In this document: piece by piece, positions 47,548-56,634 of the stretch | Layout of the letters: each line of letters opens with the position of its first letter | How positions within the stretch are numbered: the first letter of the stretch is position 1 | Source of the DNA: Candidatus Staskawiczbacteria bacterium | GTDB lineage: Bacteria; Patescibacteriota; Minisyncoccia; Minisyncoccales; Staskawiczbacteraceae | Assembly: GCA_023245145.1 (NCBI GenBank) | Contig: JAHFKW010000001.1 | Span: 9,823-73,822, forward strand | Direction: 5' to 3' | Length of the DNA stretch: 64,000 nt | Program-made: the position numbers and the translations under genes | The notes under the pieces: model-generated | Databases searched by the model: none | Seen by the model: only the letters and a program-made list of their open reading frames with translations | What the model was told of the DNA's origin: nothing

Positions 47548-49635
47548 ATGACCGATTTAGTAATCGTAGAAAGCCCGACCAAGGCTAAAACTATTCAAAA
47601 GTTTTTGGGTGGCAAAAAGTATAAAATTTTGTCGTCTTTTGGACACGTGCGAGATTTGCCAAAGTCCAAATTGGGCGTGGATGTGGACAAAGATTTTGAG
47701 CCGCAATATGTCATTCCCACCAAGGCAAAAAAGGTTATTGCTGAATTAAAAAAGGCTTCCAAAGCCGCCGAAAACACTATTTTAGCCACTGACCAAGACC
47801 GCGAAGGAGAAAGTATTTCTTGGCACTTAATGGAGGCCCTGAAGCTGGAAAATCCACAGCGAATTGTGTTTCACGAAATTACCAAAACGGCTATTGATGA
47901 AGCGCTGGCCCACCCCGGAAAAATTGATATGAATTTGGTCAACGCCCAGCAGGCGCGCCGAGTTTTGGATAGATTGGTGGGCTATAAATTATCTCCGTTT
48001 TTGTGGAAGAAAGTGTCCAAAGGGCTTTCGGCTGGACGAGTACAATCAGTGGCCGTAAAACTGGTGGTTGAAAAAGAAGAAGAAATTAAAAAGTTTGTGG
48101 CAGTTGAATATTGGGAAGTGTTGGCTACGTTAAGGAAATCCGCCTCCGCCAAAGGCTCTGGCGAGACAAAGGAATTTACCGCTCAATTAAAACAAGAGAT
48201 AAAAACCAAACAAGAAAGTGACGATATTTTAAAAAATTTAGAGGGCGCAGAATACGTGGTAACCAAAGTTGAAAAAAAGGAAACTAAAAAAAATCCCCTT
48301 CCCCCATTTACTACCAGCACTCTTCAGCAAGCTTCTGCCAACAAATTTGGTTATTCGGCTAAAATGACTATGGCGCTGGCACAAAAACTCTATGAAGAAG
48401 GACATATCACCTACCACCGCACTGACTCACTAAATTTATCGCAATCATCTTTGGATGCTGCCAAAAAGTTTATTGCTGAATCTTTTGGAGAAAAATACTC
48501 TAATACAAAAATCTACAAAGCCGGAAAAGGCGCCCAAGAAGCTCACGAAGCCATTAGGCCAACCCATGCCGAACATACACCAGAATCACTAAAAGCTGAA
48601 TTAGATGGGCCACGATGGAAAGTCTATAATTTAATTTGGCAACGGTTTCTGGCCAGCCAAATGATGCCGGCACTCTTTGATTCTACTGCTGTAGACATTA
48701 ATGCTTCAAGCTCCAAGCTTCAAGCTTCAAGTTACACCTTCGGCGCCAACGGGCAAATTTTAAAGTTTGATGGTTTTTTAAAAGTCTACCCGATGAAGTT
48801 TTCTGAAACCGAAATGCCAGAATTAATTGAAAAAGAAAATGTAGACTTGGTAAAAATTGAACCAAGCCAGCACTTTACCGAACCACCAGCTCGCTACAAC
48901 GAAGCCGGTTTAATTAAAGCGTTAGAAAAACATGGCATTGGCCGGCCATCAACTTATGCTCCAACCCTAAGCACTGTGCAAGCCAGAAATTACATTGCCA
49001 AAAATGAGCAAAAACGATTCTACCCAACTGAAATGGGGCTAATTGTAAATAAAGTCTTGGTGGAAAACTTTCCGCAAATTGTGGACATTGATTTTACCGC
49101 TAAGATGGAAAAAGAATTGGACGAAATTGCCGAAGGCAAGGATACCTGGCGCAAAACCATCAAAGATTTTTATGGTCCATTTGAAAAAAATCTGAAAGAA
49201 AAATATGAAGAAGTAAAAAAAGCTAACACCGATATTGCCACCGATAAAATTTGCCCCAAGTGCCAAAAACCCATGATTGAAAAATTAGGCAGGTTCGGCC
49301 GGTTTTACGCTTGTACCGGTTTTCCGGAATGTAAACACACCGAATCTTTGGTAAAAGTTGAGGGTAGCGCCAAACCTATTACTTTAGACATTATCTGCCC
49401 GAAATGTAACAAGGGCCACATGGCGGCCAAGCGAACCAAGCGTGGTAAAATCTTTTACGGCTGTGACCAATATCCCGCTTGCGACATGGCCACCTGGGAA
49501 AAACCGATCAACGAATTCTGCCCCAAATGTCTGTCTACGCCAGATGTCTCGAAGGGACACAAATCTATTTTAACGCAAAACTTCAAAGGGTTAATTAAGT
49601 GTTCAAACAAGGAGTGTGGGTTTAAGAAGGAATAA
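47548..49635 (+). CDS. topA: DNA topoisomerase I with C-terminal zinc ribbons
   Basis: Toprim (LVIVESPTKAKTI...ATDQDREGE), catalytic Tyr region (ITYHRTDS) and three C4 zinc ribbons. Confidence 0.9.
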   Translation: MTDLVIVESPTKAKTIQKFLGGKKYKILSSFGHVRDLPKSKLGVDVDKDFEPQYVIPTKAKKVIAELKKASKAAENTILATDQDREGESISWHLMEALKLENPQRIVFHEITKTAIDEALAHPGKIDMNLVNAQQARRVLDRLVGYKLSPFLWKKVSKGLSAGRVQSVAVKLVVEKEEEIKKFVAVEYWEVLATLRKSASAKGSGETKEFTAQLKQEIKTKQESDDILKNLEGAEYVVTKVEKKETKKNPLPPFTTSTLQQASANKFGYSAKMTMALAQKLYEEGHITYHRTDSLNLSQSSLDAAKKFIAESFGEKYSNTKIYKAGKGAQEAHEAIRPTHAEHTPESLKAELDGPRWKVYNLIWQRFLASQMMPALFDSTAVDINASSSKLQASSYTFGANGQILKFDGFLKVYPMKFSETEMPELIEKENVDLVKIEPSQHFTEPPARYNEAGLIKALEKHGIGRPSTYAPTLSTVQARNYIAKNEQKRFYPTEMGLIVNKVLVENFPQIVDIDFTAKMEKELDEIAEGKDTWRKTIKDFYGPFEKNLKEKYEEVKKANTDIATDKICPKCQKPMIEKLGRFGRFYACTGFPECKHTESLVKVEGSAKPITLDIICPKCNKGHMAAKRTKRGKIFYGCDQYPACDMATWEKPINEFCPKCLSTPDVSKGHKSILTQNFKGLIKCSNKECGFKKE

Positions 49636-49663
49636 AAAAGTCCCGAGCACGATTGCCCGAGAC
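49634..49663 (-). terminator. Hairpin terminator after the XRE gene (also usable for topA)
   Basis: GTCTCGGGC-aatcgt-GCTCGGGAC followed by TTTT on the minus strand, with an A-run on the plus side. Confidence 0.4.
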
Positions 49664-49672
49664 TCTAAAAAA

Positions 49673-49945
49673 TCATTTACCGAAAAGTATTTGTCGAAAC
49701 CTTTCCTTTTCAGCTTCGGTCATCTCATATGCCTTTTCAATCTTCTCCATTGTAAACTTTGCTTTAACGATAGCAGGAAGAAGAGCATGACCCCTTTCTA
49801 TTTTAGAAATAACTTCTTGGATAAGACCCGATGCCTTTGACACATCTTGCTGTGTTTGATTTCTCCCTTGTCTTAGTTCCACCAAGAAATCCCCCAACTC
49901 TACAACTGTCGCAATGTAATCCGAAGTCTTCAGGCGCACTTTCAT
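49673..49945 (-). CDS. XRE-family HTH transcriptional regulator
   Basis: HTH_3: QQDVSKASGLIQEVISKIERG. Start at the internal Met (MKVRLK). Confidence 0.7.
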   Translation of the reverse strand: MKVRLKTSDYIATVVELGDFLVELRQGRNQTQQDVSKASGLIQEVISKIERGHALLPAIVKAKFTMEKIEKAYEMTEAEKERFRQILFGK

Positions 49946-50199
49946 TTTTATACCCCAGAACAAGAACTGTTGACTATTTCACGAAGTAAAGAAACCCTAC
50001 CATTTTTACACAAAAAAGTCCAGTGCCAATTGAAAAATAGGGCAAAATATGGCAGAATGAAAAAGTCCAGCCTGGGTGGCGTAACAGCAGCCGCGATGGA
50101 CTCAAAATCCATTGTCTTTACAGACGTGTGGGTGCAATTCCCACCCCAGGCACCGGTGTAGACACAATACGTTCTTTTTCAAGGAAAGTGAGATTTCTG

Positions 50200-50700
50200 A
50201 TGATGTACGGACTGAAAGACATCGAACAATTCTTTTTCGATGCAATGAGAATTGGCTATGCGGCCAACCCCAAAGAAACGACCCTGATAGACCTGCCAGG
50301 GTCGAAGGTCATCATCATCCAGGACAGAGGCTTCAAAATGGTTGACCTCTGGTTCGTCGGCGGTAACGACAAAAGCGCTGGCAGTACAATGATTTTCGCA
50401 GACAACAGGCTCGTTTGGAAAATGGATTACCGTGGGCAATACCAAAAGGAGGAAATCGATTTTCTGAAGTCAGCCCTGCGCGCAGAATACAACAAAGACT
50501 ATGTTCAAAGCGCGGCACCGGAATTCTTCCGAGGCTGTCGCGGACCTCTGTTATTTCTGGGAAGCAACGGATTGGCCTACACCAACAATGTCAAGCAAGG
50601 AAGCACCTTTTACCAATTCGAGGGCCGTGAAGAGATTGTCTCCAGAACAGCCGGTCTGGTGGTGGGGCATCACGATTACGAGGGCATTCTACTACAATAG
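50200..50700 (+). CDS. Hypothetical protein on a G+C-rich insert, divergent from the XRE regulator
   Basis: SD AAGGAAAGTGAG before ATGATG. MMYGLKDIEQFFFDAMRIGYAANPKETTLIDLPGSKVIIIQD... No recognisable domain. Hairpin and T-run terminator at 50723-50749. Confidence 0.45.
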   Translation: MMYGLKDIEQFFFDAMRIGYAANPKETTLIDLPGSKVIIIQDRGFKMVDLWFVGGNDKSAGSTMIFADNRLVWKMDYRGQYQKEEIDFLKSALRAEYNKDYVQSAAPEFFRGCRGPLLFLGSNGLAYTNNVKQGSTFYQFEGREEIVSRTAGLVVGHHDYEGILLQ

Positions 50701-50722
50701 AGTGGATCGCACAGGATCAGGA

Positions 50723-50749
50723 GCCGCGTCGCAAGACACGGCTTTTTTT
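50723..50749 (+). terminator. Rho-independent terminator
   Basis: GCCGCGTC-gcaa-GACACGGC followed by TTTTTTT. Confidence 0.5.
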
Positions 50750-52013
50750 ATTTCGGCAACGGGAACTTCTTGCAAAGTTTTTTCACTTCTTGAGCTATTT
50801 TGGGTGCGACACTATGATTTGAAATTACCTCATTAATCCAGCCTGCAATCTGGCGCATTTGCGGCTCCTTCATACCACGAGTGGTAATCGCCGCCGTTCC
50901 CATTCTTAACCCCGAAGGTTTAAATGGCCCAGCCGGATCAAACGGAATACTGTTTTTATTGATAGAAATTCCCGCACTTTCCAGCAAGTCTTGGGCTTCT
51001 GCCCCAGTAATACTTTTGCCTGCCTGCCGATGAGGCAGATTGCGTAAATCAATAACCATCAAATGATTTTCCGTCCCTCCGCTCACCAAATTAAAACCAT
51101 ACTTTTTTAATTCTTCCGCCAACGTTTTGGCATTTTTTACAATTTGTTTAGCGTATTTTTTAAACGCTGGCGTGCTAGCTTCTTTCAAACAAACGGCAAT
51201 GGCAGCGATAGCATTTTCATGGGGTCCGCCCTGTAATCCCGGAAACACCGCCTTATCAATTTTCTTGGGCAATTCAGCATCTTTTTTTAATCCTTTAGCT
51301 GTCACCATAATCATTGCTCCTCGTGGTCCGCGTAAAGTTTTGTGAGTAGTAGTGGTAACAATATGTACAAACGGCACTGGACTTGGGTGCGCCCCACCCG
51401 CCACCAAACCAGCAATGTGCGCAATATCGGCAACCAAATATGCTCCTACGGAATCGGCTATTTCACCCAATTTTTCCCAGTCAAAAATTCTGGGATAGGC
51501 CGTCGCCCCTACCCACATAAGCTTTGGTTTATGCTCGCGAGCCATTTTTTCAACGGCATCATAGTTGAGCAAATGCGTTTTTTCATCCACACCATATTGC
51601 ACCGCATTAAAAAACTTTCCGCCAAAACTGACTTTGGTTCCGTGCGTCAAATGCCCGCCCATGGGCAACGCCAAGCCCATGACAGGATCGCCCGGAGCAC
51701 AGGTTGCCACATACACCGCGGCGTTAGCGGGGCTACCCGAATGTGGCTGTACATTAACGTGTTCAACCCCAAAAAGCTTTTTTGCCCGATCAATGCAAAG
51801 TTGCTCCACCTTATCAATAAACTGGTTTCCACCGTAGTAGCGTTTCCCAGGATACCCCTCGGCATATTTATCAGTTAGATGAGAACCCAAAGCCTCGCGC
51901 ACTGCCGGCGAGCAATGATTTTCAGAGGCAATCATTTGTAGTGTTGTTTTCTGGCGATTCGTTTCCAAGTCTATTAACTTTGCAATTTGCACGTCTTGTT
52001 TTTGTAATTTCAT
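50748..52013 (-). CDS. glyA: Serine hydroxymethyltransferase
   Basis: LIASENHCSPAVREALGS and the PLP-Lys block TTTTHKTLRGPRG. Confidence 0.95.
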   Translation of the reverse strand: MKLQKQDVQIAKLIDLETNRQKTTLQMIASENHCSPAVREALGSHLTDKYAEGYPGKRYYGGNQFIDKVEQLCIDRAKKLFGVEHVNVQPHSGSPANAAVYVATCAPGDPVMGLALPMGGHLTHGTKVSFGGKFFNAVQYGVDEKTHLLNYDAVEKMAREHKPKLMWVGATAYPRIFDWEKLGEIADSVGAYLVADIAHIAGLVAGGAHPSPVPFVHIVTTTTHKTLRGPRGAMIMVTAKGLKKDAELPKKIDKAVFPGLQGGPHENAIAAIAVCLKEASTPAFKKYAKQIVKNAKTLAEELKKYGFNLVSGGTENHLMVIDLRNLPHRQAGKSITGAEAQDLLESAGISINKNSIPFDPAGPFKPSGLRMGTAAITTRGMKEPQMRQIAGWINEVISNHSVAPKIAQEVKKLCKKFPLPK

Positions 52014-52019
52014 AGATTT

Positions 52020-52757
52020 TTACTCCTTATTTTTTAAAAAGTCAGAGAATTTTTGGATATCAGAAGGATTGCCAAAATCCATCCAGTAGTTTTTTGTTGT
52101 TACTATTTTCACTTTTTTATCCTTGGCAAGCAGTGAAAGCACGTCGGTAATTTCATATTCACCACGCACCGACTTGCCAATCAAGGGTAATTTCTCAAAC
52201 ACTTCCGGCGTAAATTTATACAAACTAGTATTGACCAAATTTCCCACAAACATTTTTGGCTTTTCAATAATTTCTTTTAAAAATTCTTTGTCTTCCAGCA
52301 ACACCCCAAACTTTTCTGGATGTTCTTCTACTCGCCCGGCCACATAACAAAAACCATCATCTTTATTCATGGCTTTTAAATCCTCCACCGTATAAAAATT
52401 GTCCCCCACCAAAGAGATAAAGTTTTCGCCCTTCACCTGTTCTTTAACGCATTTGAGCGGGCAAGCGGTGCCATAGTCTCCCTGCTCTTTTGGCCCCAAT
52501 AGTTCAAATTGACTAACCAGAGAAATGTTCTGCGACGTACCACCAAAAGTGTAGCTGGCCACAAATGTTTGCATGGCTTCTTGCTTGTATCCCACCACTA
52601 AAATAACCTCCTGATATCCAGCGGTAAAAATATTATCCAACAAATACGCCAAAAACGGCTTATGTTCTACCTCGATAAGATGTTTTGGCTTGTCTTTTGA
52701 AAGTTCCAGCATACGAGTGCCATGCCCCGCCGCCGAAACCACCACTTTTTTGATCAT
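52020..52757 (-). CDS. Sugar-phosphate nucleotidyltransferase (NTP_transferase family)
   Basis: Glycine-rich loop VVVSAAGHGTRM...KPKHLIEV. Confidence 0.7.
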   Translation of the reverse strand: MIKKVVVSAAGHGTRMLELSKDKPKHLIEVEHKPFLAYLLDNIFTAGYQEVILVVGYKQEAMQTFVASYTFGGTSQNISLVSQFELLGPKEQGDYGTACPLKCVKEQVKGENFISLVGDNFYTVEDLKAMNKDDGFCYVAGRVEEHPEKFGVLLEDKEFLKEIIEKPKMFVGNLVNTSLYKFTPEVFEKLPLIGKSVRGEYEITDVLSLLAKDKKVKIVTTKNYWMDFGNPSDIQKFSDFLKNKE

Positions 52758-52812
52758 ACAATTAAACTAATTTGTTTATCTTTGGCAACCATTTTCAAAG
52801 CGTGATATTTTG

Positions 52813-53049
52813 TCACGGTTTCATTTCCGCCTTCATTTTCAACTGTCCGATTTTTTCGGACACTTCAAAACCTTCTTGTTTTAGTTTCCTTTTTAGATCA
52901 TCCCAATATTTGCGCGGACGTTCATTTTGAGCCAAAATACTAACCACATCAATAATCGAGAAAAACCATTTCTCTTTTTTTGCATCCCAAACTCTGCGCA
53001 CCGGCACATCCTCAAAGTTAACGATTAAACTTTCTGAATTTTTGGTCAT
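52813..53049 (-). CDS. Bro-N/KilA-N-like domain fragment (phage antirepressor-type N-terminal domain)
   Basis: VRRVWDAKKEKWFFSIIDVVSIL resembles the Bro-N core (V..DENGEPWFVAKDVA..LG). Only 78 aa. Confidence 0.35.
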   Translation of the reverse strand: MTKNSESLIVNFEDVPVRRVWDAKKEKWFFSIIDVVSILAQNERPRKYWDDLKRKLKQEGFEVSEKIGQLKMKAEMKP

Positions 53050-55457
53050 ACCACAATATTAATTAATTTATCCTTCACGAAAATGATTTTGCGAACTTGC
53101 TTTCCCTCCAGCCACAGTTTTATTTTTGGCGCATGCAAAACGAGGCCTTCCACTTGGCTTTGATCCAATCCTGCCTTCATTTCCATTTTATCGCGCACTT
53201 TACCGTTGACCGAAACTATCATCATCACCGTTGTTTCCTTTACTTCTTCATACTCTGGCCATGTTTTTTCTTTGAGCCCCAATTCGGCTGTCAAGTGCGG
53301 TGCAAAAGGCGAAAGAATCGCTAAAAACTTCTGCAAATCTTTTTTATCTAAGCCAATTTCGGACGCCTGCCACTCATTAACAAAACTCATCATGGCACTT
53401 ATTGCCGTATTAAACTTCATGGCCTCAATATCTTCGCTAACTTTCTTAATCGTTTTGTTTAATTCATTCACTAATTTGGGATTTGTTTCGGATTTCGGAT
53501 TTCGTGCTTCGGGTTTTAGAGAAAGTGTATATACTTTTTCCAAGAATCTTCTTGCGCCAACAATTCCCTTGGCATCCCATGGAATCATCTGCTCAAACGG
53601 CCCCATAAACATTTCATACACACGAAGCGTATCGGCGCCGTATTCTTTGACGATATCATCTGGATTTATAACATTACCCTTACTTTTTGACATTTTCACT
53701 CCGCCTTCGGCTAAAATAATGCCATGTGAAGTTCTTTTTTTGTATGGTTCGTTCCCAATTTCTTTTGGCACCGCGTCAATATCCCACAAAAACTTAAAGA
53801 TAAATCGCGAATAAAGTAAATGCAGCGTAGTGTGCTCCATGCCACCATTATACCAATCCACCGGCATCCAGTATTTCAGATTTTTTTCGCTGGAAAATTC
53901 TTTATTATTCTTTGGATCTGCATAGCGCATAAAATACCAGTTGGAACCCGCCCAGTTTGGCATAGTGTCAGTTTCACGTTTGGCCACGCCGTCGCATTTT
54001 GGACATTTTGTGTTTACAAACTTTTCAATGGCACTCAAAGGTGACTCGCCATCATCTGTTGGCTGGTATTTGGCAACTTTTGGCAATTCAACTGGTAAAT
54101 CTTTTTCAGGCACCGTTTGCCAACCACATTTTGGACAGTCAATCATCGGAATTGGCTCGCCCCAATAATGCTGGCGTGAAAAAATCCAGTCGCGCAGTTT
54201 ATAATTTACCACTTTTGTACCCCAGCCTTTTTCAACTATATGATCCATGATAATTTTTGTCGCTTCATGAATATCTTTGCCATCTAAGAATCCACTGTTG
54301 ATCATAGCTCCCTTTTCTTCCTGAACCTGTCTTACATCGGTAATTTCTGAAGTATCTCCATCTGGACCCACTACCACTCTGATAATTTCCAGTCCCATGG
54401 CTTTGGCAAATTCAAAGTCACGGAGATCATGACCGGGTACACCAACCACGCAGCCAGTTCCGAATTGACCCAGTACAAAATCTCCCACGTAAATGGGCAT
54501 TTTTTTACCGTTTAAATTGTTGATGGCACTCCACCCCGTTGGTACACCGGTTTTTTTCTTCCCCTCGGCAGTTCTGTCGATTTCAGGCTTTGCTAGAGAT
54601 TCTTTCACATACGCTTTTACTTTTTCTTTTTCGGGAAACAACTCTACATTTTCTTTGACAAATTTACTGTCTGGAGCAACCACTAGAAATGTGGCACCAA
54701 AATTAGTATCAGGCCTTGTTGTAAAAACAGAAATAAATTTTTTGCTATTTTCAATTTGATAATCAATGTTAATGCCTTCAGATCGGCCTATCCAATTAAT
54801 CTGTTGGTCTTTGACGCGAGCCGGATAATCCACATTTTTTAAATCTTCAATCAACCTGTCGGCATATTTGGTAATCTTTATTAACCATTGTGATTTTTCT
54901 TTTTTTTCAACTTTGGTGCCGCACCGCTCGCAATTTCCATTTATCACTTCTTCGTTGGCCAAGCCAGTTTTACAGCTTGGACACCAATTAATAGCCATTT
55001 TTTCTTTGTAGGCCAGGCCATTTTCAAATAATTTTATAAAAATCCATTGCGTCCATTTGTAGTATTTTGGATCAGTGGTATTTATTTCTCTTGACCAATC
55101 AAAAGAAAGTCCCAGCAAATTCATCTGCCTTTTAAAATTTTTGGTGTTTTTGGCCGTAGCCACCGTTGGATGGACACCGGTTTTAATGGCATAGTTTTCC
55201 GTAGGTAAACCAAATGCGTCCCAGCCCATAGGATAAAGCACATTAAAGCCCTCCATTCGCCTTTTTCGCGCAATAATATCCAAACCAATATATGGCCGGC
55301 AATGACCCACGTGAAGCCCGTCTCCAGAAGGATATGGAAATTCATCCAACAGGTAAAATTTTGGCTTCTTAGAAGTATTTTTAGCAACAAAATCGCCTGA
55401 AGAGTACCACTCCTTCTGCCACTTCTTTTCAATTTTTTGAGGATTATACTTTTGCAT
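53046..55457 (-). CDS. leuS: Leucyl-tRNA synthetase
   Basis: HVGHCRPY (HIGH), KMSKS, the CP1 editing domain, and 803 aa. Confidence 0.95.
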   Translation of the reverse strand: MQKYNPQKIEKKWQKEWYSSGDFVAKNTSKKPKFYLLDEFPYPSGDGLHVGHCRPYIGLDIIARKRRMEGFNVLYPMGWDAFGLPTENYAIKTGVHPTVATAKNTKNFKRQMNLLGLSFDWSREINTTDPKYYKWTQWIFIKLFENGLAYKEKMAINWCPSCKTGLANEEVINGNCERCGTKVEKKEKSQWLIKITKYADRLIEDLKNVDYPARVKDQQINWIGRSEGINIDYQIENSKKFISVFTTRPDTNFGATFLVVAPDSKFVKENVELFPEKEKVKAYVKESLAKPEIDRTAEGKKKTGVPTGWSAINNLNGKKMPIYVGDFVLGQFGTGCVVGVPGHDLRDFEFAKAMGLEIIRVVVGPDGDTSEITDVRQVQEEKGAMINSGFLDGKDIHEATKIIMDHIVEKGWGTKVVNYKLRDWIFSRQHYWGEPIPMIDCPKCGWQTVPEKDLPVELPKVAKYQPTDDGESPLSAIEKFVNTKCPKCDGVAKRETDTMPNWAGSNWYFMRYADPKNNKEFSSEKNLKYWMPVDWYNGGMEHTTLHLLYSRFIFKFLWDIDAVPKEIGNEPYKKRTSHGIILAEGGVKMSKSKGNVINPDDIVKEYGADTLRVYEMFMGPFEQMIPWDAKGIVGARRFLEKVYTLSLKPEARNPKSETNPKLVNELNKTIKKVSEDIEAMKFNTAISAMMSFVNEWQASEIGLDKKDLQKFLAILSPFAPHLTAELGLKEKTWPEYEEVKETTVMMIVSVNGKVRDKMEMKAGLDQSQVEGLVLHAPKIKLWLEGKQVRKIIFVKDKLINIVV
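53471..53510. repeat. Heptanucleotide tandem repeat (TCGGATT-like x4) inside leuS
   Basis: tttcggatttcggatttcgtgcttcgggttt. The frame is preserved (encodes KPEARNPKSETNPK). Confidence 0.5.
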
Positions 55458-55475
55458 AATAGTTGAGTAATTCTA

Positions 55476-56266
55476 TCATATTTTAAACAAATTTCTAGCG
55501 TTTTCAGTGGTTTTTTGAGCGACTTCTTGGGCGCTGATACTTTTTAACTTGGCGATTTTTTCAATAGTATATTTCATAAATATTGGCTCGTTTCTTGGGC
55601 CGTAGGACCCAGCCTTCGCTAAAGCTACGGCGGGCAAGGGTGTTAAAAACGGACAATCGGTTTCCAGTAGCAACTTTTCCAAAGGTGCGTTTTTTATTAC
55701 CTCATCTATATTAAATTTAAAAATAATTCCATTAATGCCTAAATAAAAGCCCATATCCATATACTTTTGAGCCTGCTCCCATGTACCCGTAAAACAATGC
55801 ACCACGCCACGTAAATTTGAATTTTGAAATTTGAAATTTGAAATAATTTGTATCACTTCATCGTGTGCCATACGACAATGCAAAATAACTGGTAAGTCTA
55901 ATTCTTGCGCCAAATCAAGCTGTTGAATAAAAACCTGTTTTTGTTTTACCGGATCAAACGGTTTACGGAAAAAATCCAAGCCGATTTCACCAACAGCTAT
56001 TACTTTCTTTGATTTAGCTAATTCCCTGTATTGCTGTACGTCAAACGGCTCATCGGCGTCCGTGGGATGCAAACCAATCGCTGCGAAAAAACCTGCCTGT
56101 TTTTCTGCCAGCTCAACCGCCTTTTTTGATGAATCCAAAGAACAGCCCACATTAATACACTGAATATTTTCAGCTAGTGTCCTTTTGATGACTTCATCGC
56201 GATCATCATCAAATGCATCAAATTGTAAGTGACTGTGAGTATCAATAATCATAGAATTATCGTACA
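55476..56266 (-). CDS. tatD: TatD-family metal-dependent hydrolase (DNase)
   Basis: IIDTHSHL, GLHP and GVVHCFTG. Start at an internal Met. The track ORF extends upstream across the csrA terminator. Confidence 0.85.
55826..55860. repeat. Heptanucleotide tandem repeat (AATTTGA x4) inside tatD
   Basis: aatttgaattttgaaatttgaaatttgaaataatttg (encodes the ISNFKFQNSNL insertion). Confidence 0.5.
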
Positions 56267-56303
56267 TGAAAAGAGCCGGGGAATCAATGAGATTCCTCGG
56301 CTC
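56266..56303 (-). terminator. Hairpin terminator after csrA
   Basis: Minus strand GAGCCGAGGAATC-tcatt-GATTCCCCGGCTC followed by TTTTC. Confidence 0.5.
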
Positions 56304-56325
56304 GGTTTGTATTTGATTGCCTCGT

Positions 56326-56544
56326 CTATTTGACGGGCTTGGGCACAGCGCTGTTGGGGGCGGGTTCTGTTCCAGCAGGGGGTTTGCCATGGATGGCCTC
56401 GTACACCTCTTGACGGTGTACCGGCACCTCTTTGGGTGCCACGATGCCGAGGCGAATCTTGTCGCCCCTGATCTCAACGACGGTTACGGTGATGTCGTTG
56501 TTGATCACAATGCTTTCGTTCTTTTTACGAGACAATACCAACAT
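56326..56544 (-). CDS. csrA: Carbon storage regulator CsrA homolog on a G+C-rich insert
   Basis: MLVLSRKKNESIVINNDITVTVVEIRGDKIRLGIVAPKEVPVHRQEVY matches the CsrA pattern M-L-x-L-x-R-K...GxxVRxGIxAPxxVxVxRxEI. The C-terminal tail is extended. Confidence 0.75.
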   Translation of the reverse strand: MLVLSRKKNESIVINNDITVTVVEIRGDKIRLGIVAPKEVPVHRQEVYEAIHGKPPAGTEPAPNSAVPKPVK

Positions 56545-56634
56545 GGCAGAATCCTCCAAAAGGTGGGTGTTGCCAAGCCATCCCCTGGTTTGGCGAAGTG
56601 AAAGAACGGGCGAATTGCTTATCTTATAGCATTT

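Noticed and set aside
50501-50836. 111-aa plus-strand ORF spanning the 50723 terminator into glyA
   Set aside because: It crosses a terminator and is antisense to the glyA C-terminus.
56317-56601. 94-aa plus-strand ORF
   Set aside because: Antisense to csrA on the G+C-rich insert.
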